From NCBI GenBank assembly GCA_051874735.1, contig JBJEGD010000010.1:1-61573 (forward strand): a DNA stretch of 61,573 nt, given 5' to 3'. Each line of letters begins with the position of its first letter. Position 1 is the first letter of the stretch. A program made the position numbers and the translations under genes. Source of the DNA: Candidatus Bruticola sp. Lineage in GTDB: Bacteria > Vulcanimicrobiota > Xenobia > Xenobiales > Xenobiaceae. Positions 51,061 through 58,434 of the stretch are shown here, in pieces. A model generated the notes under the pieces. That model did not search any database and was not told where the DNA came from. It saw only the letters and a list, made by a program, of their open reading frames with translations.

Positions 51061-52344
51061 TTGGAAAAAATAAATTACGTCATTGAGAAGAGGAGCAGCG
51101 GTGTGTTTTCATTAGTAAAAAAACGCCGTTCTTTGGCAGCGGCTGTATTTTTAAGTTTATTTGTCTGGATTTTTCTTAACTCCGCAGCTGGCTTAGCTTG
51201 GGAAAATTTTGAGTTTTCAGATGCTGCTTTGCCGTCTTATGAAAAGCTGCGCGGCGTTCCTGACAAAGATTTGCCAGATGCCATTCAGAAGGCTGTTACT
51301 GCCAATAGTAGGAAGTCTTTGGCCATAGCTTTGGAAAGCTATGCTCTCGACGTACGTTATGCCGATATAGTAGGTCGCATTTGTGCTTCTTTAACTCCCA
51401 ATGTGTCTAAGGTATATTCTCTGCCTTATTACACGGAACTGAAATCTATGGGGCAGCTTCCCTATTATCAAGGGGGGAGTAAATACACTTCTAGCAATTT
51501 AGGTATCTATACTCCTGCCAAAGAACGTTTGGTTGTAGCTTCTTTTGCGGCTAATAGCTCCTATAATACTTTTTCAGCCTATCGGGTAGTTTTAATTGAC
51601 AGCTTTATGCTCGATACTCTTTACCGAGTGGCCCAGTATAAAGCTCATTGCGGAAGTTACGACAATGCTTACGAGCAAGTTTTAGCCTCTTATGCCGCTC
51701 AGGTAGAAAGAGCTTCTAAATCTCGCGGTATAGTTTCCAGATTTTCAGAAAATTCCAATGGCTTGCTCACTCGTCCTGGAGTTGGAGTAGTCAATCCTTT
51801 TCTGCCTTTTTCGATGAGTGAATACAGCTTCGGCAATCGCTCCGGTCTCAAATGGGAAGCCCTATCTTTTCATACTATAGAACGAGATGGCGCCAAATGG
51901 GCCAATCCTGCTCATATTCCTCTTCCTGGCGGTTACGATTCAAGTTTATCTGAGAGAGAAGCGGTGCGCAGTTTTGAAAAATTGCTGGCTCCTATTCTGT
52001 GTCACGAATTAAGTCACAGCTTCCTAGGCCATAGTCAAGCCCGTTTGAATAAAACTGTTATGCTGAAGAAACGTCTCGATGAGCTTATGACTCCAAGCGA
52101 AGCTAATGCAGAGGTGCGCCGTTTCCTTAGTACTAAACTTACGCCCGATCAGGAAATTGAGGCCGATATTTATGCTGCTAAATTGGGAAAGACGATCGGC
52201 CTTCGCGTACAGGACTTTGAAGAAGGTTTTTGGTTCCTAGGCTTAATAGAAAAGGCCAAAGGGGGCTCTGTAGGTATTGAAACTCATCCCCGTTATGTTG
52301 AGAGACGTCGTCTGGTGGAGCGCGTCTATATGAACGAGCTGTAA
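51061..52344 (+). CDS. Exported M48-family zinc metallopeptidase (likely start GTG 51103)
   Basis: Signal/TM; ILCHELSH (HEXXH), QEIEAD third ligand, THP...R motif; AGGAG RBS before GTG 51103. Confidence 0.82.
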   Translation: MEKINYVIEKRSSGVFSLVKKRRSLAAAVFLSLFVWIFLNSAAGLAWENFEFSDAALPSYEKLRGVPDKDLPDAIQKAVTANSRKSLAIALESYALDVRYADIVGRICASLTPNVSKVYSLPYYTELKSMGQLPYYQGGSKYTSSNLGIYTPAKERLVVASFAANSSYNTFSAYRVVLIDSFMLDTLYRVAQYKAHCGSYDNAYEQVLASYAAQVERASKSRGIVSRFSENSNGLLTRPGVGVVNPFLPFSMSEYSFGNRSGLKWEALSFHTIERDGAKWANPAHIPLPGGYDSSLSEREAVRSFEKLLAPILCHELSHSFLGHSQARLNKTVMLKKRLDELMTPSEANAEVRRFLSTKLTPDQEIEADIYAAKLGKTIGLRVQDFEEGFWFLGLIEKAKGGSVGIETHPRYVERRRLVERVYMNEL

Positions 52345-52381
52345 AACTTATTTTAGGAAACTTTACAGAGGAGCTTTATTA

Positions 52382-53944
52382 ATGGCTGCGGGTTTGCAAG
52401 TAGGCGATGTGCTTTGTCAACGCTATCCTATCGAATCTATTCTCGGACAAGGCGGCATGGGGGCGGTATATAAAGCTTCCGATTTGTCTTCTAAGCGTCA
52501 TTGGGCCATCAAAGAGATGACCGACGATTTTGAGGACGAGCAAGAGAGAAATGAAGGGATAGAGAGTTTCAAAGCTGAGGCTGATATTTTATGCGAACTC
52601 GATCATCCTAACTTGCCTCGTATAACTCACTGCTTTAGTGAGCGCGGACGCCAATATATTGTAATGGATTTGGTTGAGGGACTTACTGTAGACAGAATGA
52701 TGCACCAGGAGCCTAACGGGCGGCTAAGTCTACAGCAAGTGCTCAATATCGCGGCACAGTTGACCGATGTGCTCAGTTATCTGCATGAGCATAATCCGCC
52801 TATTATCTTTCGCGATCTTAAGCCCGGAAATATTATGGTTACCCCTAAAGGTAGGGTTAAACTAATCGATTTTGGCATCGCTCGTTTTTTCACTAAAGGT
52901 AAAAAAGCCGATACTAGAGCTCTAGGAACGCCTGGTTACGCTGCCCCTGAGCAGTATGGAAAGGGGCAGTCTGACGCTCGTACCGATATTTATGCTCTGG
53001 GAGCTACTCTGCATCATGCTCTTACAGGAGTTTCTCCTGACGGCACCATGTTCTCTTTTGAAGCTCCCAGTAAATTAGTTAGCTCTCTGCCTCAAGCTCT
53101 CGACGAGGTTGTTTTAAAGTGCTGCCGTTTGCAAGCGTCTGAACGGTGGAGTACGGTTAAAGAATTTGAACAGGCTCTTTTTACCTCTATTCCCAGCAGC
53201 TATGTAGATCCGGATTCTTATTACGGACGAGTTTGTGCTGCTAGGTTGCTGAGTACTGGCCTGATTGGCAAAATAAAATCTGCTTCAGAAGTTGTACCTT
53301 CTGTAGTGCCGATTCCTCAATCAGCTTCTGCTAACAAAGCTGCTGCACTGCCGAGCTTCCAGCGCCCAAATGTCAAGTCGGCTAAAACGACCGCTGACAT
53401 GCCAGATAAAAATAGCCCAGAACCGGGGCAAGGTCCGTTCCCCCGGTTATCCATACCTTTTGGCAAACACAATGCTTCTGAGGGAGCTTTAAAAACTTCT
53501 ATAGTATTGCGAGGTCCGGTTCAGGGCAAGTTAGAAGTTAGCGATGAATGGCTGCTGTGTCGTCCCTCTGAGGTAAGCGGAGAGAATGTCAAAGTCGATA
53601 TTATAGTTCGCCTTGATAAGATTCCTTCAGTTGGCATGCATACATCTCAAATAAAGCTCGGTTCGAGTAGCATGCTGATAACTTGTGAACTGAAGCCTGC
53701 TGAATTGAGTTGTCTGTCTTGGAGTGCGGCTATAATACTAACGATGCTGTCGATATTGCCGTTATGCGGTTTATCTTCATCTGTAATACTGCTAATTATG
53801 TATTTCGCCCACAATAAAGATGTGCGCGGTCCTCTGCTGGTTTTTGTAGTCATAAGCTTAATGATAGGAATTCCCTCATCATTGGTTGGTTATTGGGTTT
53901 TTGATTGGTTAAAGGCTCTGATCGATAGCTTATGTTCCAGTTAG
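52382..53944 (+). CDS. Hanks-type Ser/Thr protein kinase with Ig/BACON-like domain and C-terminal TM helices
   Basis: LGQGGMGAVY, AIKE, FRDLKPGN, DFG, GTPGYAAPEQ, DIYALG all intact; hydrophobic C-terminus. Confidence 0.95.
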   Translation: MAAGLQVGDVLCQRYPIESILGQGGMGAVYKASDLSSKRHWAIKEMTDDFEDEQERNEGIESFKAEADILCELDHPNLPRITHCFSERGRQYIVMDLVEGLTVDRMMHQEPNGRLSLQQVLNIAAQLTDVLSYLHEHNPPIIFRDLKPGNIMVTPKGRVKLIDFGIARFFTKGKKADTRALGTPGYAAPEQYGKGQSDARTDIYALGATLHHALTGVSPDGTMFSFEAPSKLVSSLPQALDEVVLKCCRLQASERWSTVKEFEQALFTSIPSSYVDPDSYYGRVCAARLLSTGLIGKIKSASEVVPSVVPIPQSASANKAAALPSFQRPNVKSAKTTADMPDKNSPEPGQGPFPRLSIPFGKHNASEGALKTSIVLRGPVQGKLEVSDEWLLCRPSEVSGENVKVDIIVRLDKIPSVGMHTSQIKLGSSSMLITCELKPAELSCLSWSAAIILTMLSILPLCGLSSSVILLIMYFAHNKDVRGPLLVFVVISLMIGIPSSLVGYWVFDWLKALIDSLCSS

Positions 53945-54065
53945 TTAACATTTGCTTATTGAAAGCAAGTTTTTTATATATAAGTGTGGAATTTATGCCA
54001 AATGTTCTCTGCATAAATTAGGCAGAATGGCGATAAATAAAAATACGCGGAGGAAGAGGCCTGAA

Positions 54066-55937
54066 ATGATTTGTCCGACTTGCGGCTGTGATAACAACGC
54101 CGAAGATTTGTACTGTGATGAGTGTGGAGCTCAGCTTAAGCTTGAATCTGAAGAAAATAAACCCCAATCACACCGAAGCCGTCTTTTAGAGGAGGGACAA
54201 ATCGTTTGGAACCATTATCGGGTGGGCCCAATTCTGCAGGCTGACTCCGATTGTATCTTTTATGAATTGACAAATTTAGAGCCTGCTGCAACTGCTGGCC
54301 AGTTGGCCGATCAGGTTGAAAATGAAACAGCTGATACTGTGCCGGCTCAAGCGGCTCAAGATAAGTCCGATTCTGCTAAGTCCGTTGAGTCTGTTATTCA
54401 GCCTGACGAAAGCGAAGCTGAACTTTTGCTTTGCACTTTTCCTTCCGATCAGGAAAAGGCTGAAGATATATTTGCCTCTTTATCCTCTGTGGAACATAAC
54501 CATCTTTGGCCTTTGTGGGAACTTAAATCTGAAGAAAATACTGGTTTAACTTATTTAATCGGCCCCAGACAAGGGATGCCGCTGCGCAGTTATTTACAAG
54601 AAAATAGTTTTAATTTAGCTGAAATTACCCAAATAGGTTGCGATATATTAAGCGCTTTAAAAATATTGCACAGTATGTGCAAATTATTCAATGGTGTCTC
54701 TCTCGATTCAGTTTGGATTACGCCTGACAAAAGAGCTGTACTTACTCGGTACGATCGTGTCGTGGCCAAATTTCATACAGAAGAATCTGCCACTGTTATA
54801 GAAGGTTTTTCTTCCCCTGAAGCTTACGGACTAGAAGGAGGAGAACTAACTCGCCGCTCCGATATTTTCAGCGTCGGTGCTTTGCTTTTTTACTTATTGA
54901 CCGGTCGGACTGTAAGTATCGATAGTTTCGAATCAAACAATTTTTCGGCTGCATTGCGCCTCAAAGCTAAAGCTTTAACTAGAGTAATTGCTCGGGCTAT
55001 CAAGCGCGATCCTCAGGAGCGTTGGTTGTCAGCCTCTGAAATGGCTGAGGCTTTGTCTGTATGTTCTTACGCTGGTAATGCTGTTGGTGAAGAAGCGAAA
55101 GAAACGGTAGAAAAGAGCGTTAAAGTTACTCGCTCCGTTTTTGGCGGCTATACCATAGCTAAAAAGACTAGTGTGGGAGCTGTCCGCAAAGTCAACCAAG
55201 ATGCTTATTTAGAGCTGATGCTTTCAGCTTGCGAGCGCGATATGCCCTCGACAGTCCAATTTGTGGGTGTAATTGATGGCATGGGAGGAGAAGCTGAAGG
55301 GGATAAAGCGGCTTCGCTAGCGGCCCGTTCTTTGGCTGCTGAATTAGTTCGCCTATTTTTGCCTCTCAAAAATGATGGCGCCACCACTTTGCTTCTTCCG
55401 GAAAATCCAGAAGAAAGAGACGCTTTTATTTTAGAACAGGCTATAAAGAAGGCGAACGAAACTATTTTTAACTATGCTTGCAAATCGGCAAGCCGTCGGG
55501 GAATGGGTTGTACTATTTCCTGTGTACTTCTCGATGGTGACCGCGCCACTTTCGGTCATGTTGGAGATACGCGCGCTTACCGCATGGGAGCTAATCTAGA
55601 TCAAGTGACTACCGATCATTCGGTAGTAGGTCAGCTGGTGCAGATGGGAACTTTAACTAGAGAAGAGGCTAGGCGTTCTCCTAAGCGCTCTATAATTTAC
55701 CGAGCTTTGGGTACTCAGCCCGATGTCGAAGTAGACATTTATCGGCGCGTGCTTGTACCCGGCGAATATTTAATGATAAGTTCCGATGGAGTTTGGGAAT
55801 ATTATACCGATGAAGAGTTGTTATCTTATTTCCAAAAGGGCTTAGCTCCAGCTCAAATTTGTGAAATTTTAGTTAACACTTGCTTAGAGCGTGGGGCTGA
55901 TGACAACACTACTGTCGCTATAATACGCAAAAATTAG
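54066..55937 (+). CDS. Zinc ribbon / pseudokinase / PP2C phosphatase fusion
   Basis: CPTC..N...CDECG ribbon; kinase C-lobe (GFSSPE, SDIFSVG) without HRD/DFG; PP2C R..NQD, DGMGG, MG.T, HVGD.RAY, DHS, SDG.W, DN.T intact. ATG 54066 has an RBS. Confidence 0.9.
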   Translation: MICPTCGCDNNAEDLYCDECGAQLKLESEENKPQSHRSRLLEEGQIVWNHYRVGPILQADSDCIFYELTNLEPAATAGQLADQVENETADTVPAQAAQDKSDSAKSVESVIQPDESEAELLLCTFPSDQEKAEDIFASLSSVEHNHLWPLWELKSEENTGLTYLIGPRQGMPLRSYLQENSFNLAEITQIGCDILSALKILHSMCKLFNGVSLDSVWITPDKRAVLTRYDRVVAKFHTEESATVIEGFSSPEAYGLEGGELTRRSDIFSVGALLFYLLTGRTVSIDSFESNNFSAALRLKAKALTRVIARAIKRDPQERWLSASEMAEALSVCSYAGNAVGEEAKETVEKSVKVTRSVFGGYTIAKKTSVGAVRKVNQDAYLELMLSACERDMPSTVQFVGVIDGMGGEAEGDKAASLAARSLAAELVRLFLPLKNDGATTLLLPENPEERDAFILEQAIKKANETIFNYACKSASRRGMGCTISCVLLDGDRATFGHVGDTRAYRMGANLDQVTTDHSVVGQLVQMGTLTREEARRSPKRSIIYRALGTQPDVEVDIYRRVLVPGEYLMISSDGVWEYYTDEELLSYFQKGLAPAQICEILVNTCLERGADDNTTVAIIRKN

Positions 55938-56022
55938 TTACAGTTAAGCGGCTGGCTGTTAGTTTTAGCAGTTGAGCCACTGGGAAAGCACATTTTTATA
56001 AGTTCGCATTTTAGGAGGAAGC

Positions 56023-57300
56023 GTGGCAGAAGTTAATCTTTACACCGGTCTGAGTTATCAGGCGGTTATGACTACCAGCGAAAATAAACTCACTTATCTT
56101 TTGGCTGAGGTCTGCCCCGGCGAAGAAATAGGCTCAGGTCCGATGGGACTTAATCTAGCTATTGTACTCGATAAAAGCGGTTCTATGTACGCTGAAGGCA
56201 AACTGAATTATGTAATTCAGGCTGTTAATCATGCTGTTGACATGCTTCGAACTAACGATTTGTGCTCGATTGTAGTTTTTGCAGAGAGGGCTAGAGTTTT
56301 AATTCCTTCCAGTCAGCTTTACGATAAAAGTACAGCTAAACTGATGGTCAATAAAATAGATGGTATCGATGTCGGAGCTGGCACTGATATGCTCAAGGCG
56401 ATAGACGCCGCTTTATATGAAGTGCGGCGCAATTTTTCTCGAGACAAACTCAATCACATTATTGTTCTGACTGATGGCCAAACTTTAAATGAGAAACAGT
56501 GCTATGAACGTTGCGTAATGGCAGCGGAAGAGGGCATTTCTGTATCAACTATCGGAGTCGGCGACGATTTTAATGAAAAGTTCTTATTAAAAATTGCCAG
56601 TATGTGCCGTGGAACTTCCTATTACATAGATCGGCCTAGTGACATTACCGATATTTTTGCTAAAGAATTGGCCGGTGTGCAGAATGTGGTAGTTAAGAAC
56701 TGCCGTCTTAATTTGAAGCTTTCAAAAGACGTAACCATTCGCCGCGCTTACAAAGTTAAGCCTCTCATTAATGATTTAGGTATGCCAGAAGTTGTCGATC
56801 GCAAGTGTTCTATAGCTTTGTCTGACCTGCAGAGAAATGAACGGCAGTCTATCCTTTACGAGTTAATTTTGCCTTCGCGGTATTCGGGTGTGTACCGTAT
56901 TGCTACTGCCGGAGTCAGTTATGAAATTCCCGGCCGTGGTCTGTTTGAAAACGTCAATTCTCAAGATATAACTATTACTTATACCGATGACGCTTCCCAA
57001 GCTTCAGTAGTTACTCCCAAGGTTATGCAGATAGTCGATAGTGTAAGTATCTTCCGTCAACAGACTAGAGCTTTGCAGTTAGCTAAAGAAGGTGATAAGG
57101 GCCGGGCAACTCAGCTATTGCGCTCGGCTGCTACACAGCTTTTACAGCAGGGACAGCAAGAGTTGGCTAATCAGGCCCTTTCTGAAGCAGATCGTTTGGA
57201 ACGAGGCTCTGCAGCTAGTGCAGCTGGAACCAAAAAGTTAGAATACGGTACTCGCAAGCTTACTCAGCTTCTTTCAGAATTGCCCGATTTTAACAATTAA
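56023..57300 (+). CDS. von Willebrand factor A (VWA) domain protein with helical C-terminus
   Basis: MIDAS DKSGSM...GT...LTDG, IGVG.DFNE; AGGAGG RBS before GTG. Confidence 0.92.
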   Translation: MAEVNLYTGLSYQAVMTTSENKLTYLLAEVCPGEEIGSGPMGLNLAIVLDKSGSMYAEGKLNYVIQAVNHAVDMLRTNDLCSIVVFAERARVLIPSSQLYDKSTAKLMVNKIDGIDVGAGTDMLKAIDAALYEVRRNFSRDKLNHIIVLTDGQTLNEKQCYERCVMAAEEGISVSTIGVGDDFNEKFLLKIASMCRGTSYYIDRPSDITDIFAKELAGVQNVVVKNCRLNLKLSKDVTIRRAYKVKPLINDLGMPEVVDRKCSIALSDLQRNERQSILYELILPSRYSGVYRIATAGVSYEIPGRGLFENVNSQDITITYTDDASQASVVTPKVMQIVDSVSIFRQQTRALQLAKEGDKGRATQLLRSAATQLLQQGQQELANQALSEADRLERGSAASAAGTKKLEYGTRKLTQLLSELPDFNN

Positions 57301-57430
57301 TTTCCGATCTGCTGATAACCAAAAACAGCAGTTTTACATTTAATTTTTTTGTTTTTTCAGAAGGAAATAAATCAAGGACCCTCGGCTTTTGGCGCGGGCT
57401 TCCTAGGTAGGTAAATTAAGGAGATAAATC

Positions 57431-58291
57431 ATGAAGTGCAACGTTTGTGGATCCGATAATGTAGAGGGTTCTATTTTCTGTGAAGACTGTGGCAGCAAAT
57501 TGTCTGCCCCGGCTCCGGCTTTTGGTGCTGTGTCAGCTGCGCCTGCTCCTTTCAGTGCTGCCGTACCGCAAGCTGCTCCCGTTTCCGCCGCGGCCGCGCC
57601 TGCTCCTGCGGCTCCTTTTAGTGCCGCCGTACCGCAAGCTGCTCCCGTTCCCGCCGCAGCCGCGCCTGCTCCTGCAGCTCCTTTTAGTGCCGCTGTACCG
57701 CAGGCTGCTCCCGTTCCCGCCGCAGCCGCGCCTGCTCCTGCAGCTCCTTTTAGTGCCGCTGTACCGCAGGCTGCTCCCGCTGCAGCCGCTCCAGCTCCTG
57801 CTGTATCGGCGGTAGTTTGTCAAGCTTGCGGTGCCTCTAATGAAGCCGGCAGTAAATTCTGTGAGGATTGCGGTGCATCTTTGGCTCCGCTGCCTCAGGC
57901 TGCAGCCGCTCCAGCTCCCGCTGTATCGGTAGTCGCTCCGGTTCCCTCTACTCCTGAACCTGTAGCTGCGCCCGTTATTACTGCTCCCAAGTTAATTATG
58001 CCTAACGGTGTGGCGATTCCCCTTAGCTCTGAGCACACTCTGCTTGGCCGTCAGTCTCCTGCTGATAATATTTATCCTGAGATTGATCTGACTGAGCTCG
58101 ATCCGGAGTCTTATGTATCCCGTCGCCACGGTCAAATTACTCGCCAGGGCTCCAAGTTCTTATATGAAGATATCGGATCTTCCAACGGTTCTTGGATTAA
58201 TGGAGCTCGTTTGGAGTCCAAAATTCAGACTGAGCTTCATGACGGCGATGTCCTGCGCTTAGGTCGTACAGAGATTACTTTCCGTATGTAG
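57431..58291 (+). CDS. Zinc-ribbon / Ala-Pro repeat / zinc-ribbon / FHA protein
   Basis: CNVC..CEDCG and CQAC..CEDCG ribbons; FHA motifs LGR, VSRRH, D.GSSNGS..NG, DGD..RLG. Confidence 0.92.
   Translation: MKCNVCGSDNVEGSIFCEDCGSKLSAPAPAFGAVSAAPAPFSAAVPQAAPVSAAAAPAPAAPFSAAVPQAAPVPAAAAPAPAAPFSAAVPQAAPVPAAAAPAPAAPFSAAVPQAAPAAAAPAPAVSAVVCQACGASNEAGSKFCEDCGASLAPLPQAAAAPAPAVSVVAPVPSTPEPVAAPVITAPKLIMPNGVAIPLSSEHTLLGRQSPADNIYPEIDLTELDPESYVSRRHGQITRQGSKFLYEDIGSSNGSWINGARLESKIQTELHDGDVLRLGRTEITFRM
57545..57779 (+). repeat. 66-bp in-frame tandem repeat, about 3.5 copies (APFSAAVPQAAPVPAAAAPAPA)
   Basis: Units begin at 57545, 57611, 57677 and 57743; units 2 and 3 differ at 2 positions. Confidence 0.95.
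57779..57929 (+). repeat. 31-bp direct repeat pair (57779-57809 and 57899-57929) flanking the second zinc ribbon
   Basis: GCTGCAGCCGCTCCAGCTCC[T/C]GCTGTATCGG; 30/31 identical with a 120-bp period. Confidence 0.9.
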
Positions 58292-58317
58292 TTATAATTA
58301 GGTTTAGCTATAAAAAA

Positions 58318-58347
58318 CTGCCGCTGCCGAAAAGTAGGCAGCGGCAG
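58318..58347. terminator. 11-bp GC stem-loop between the two FHA genes
   Basis: CTGCCGCTGCC-GAAAAGTA-GGCAGCGGCAG preceded by AAAAAA, so the T-tract is on the minus strand. Confidence 0.6.
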
Positions 58348-58434
58348 ACGGAGTCGGCGGCGCTTCCTATAGGTGCGGGCGCAGTTTAATTCTGACATTG
58401 ATATAAAATATTTACGTAGAGAGGCAGACAATAG

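Noticed and set aside
57545-57779. Tandem repeat considered as a CRISPR array or a DGR template/variable repeat
   Set aside because: Units are contiguous with no unique spacers and are in-frame coding; differences are not adenine-specific, and there is no cas or reverse transcriptase gene.
57480-57823. Alternative-frame ORFs (57480-57815 plus, 57533-57823 minus) with repeated peptides
   Set aside because: Shadows of the 66-bp GC-rich tandem repeat inside the FHA gene; no RBS or independent features.
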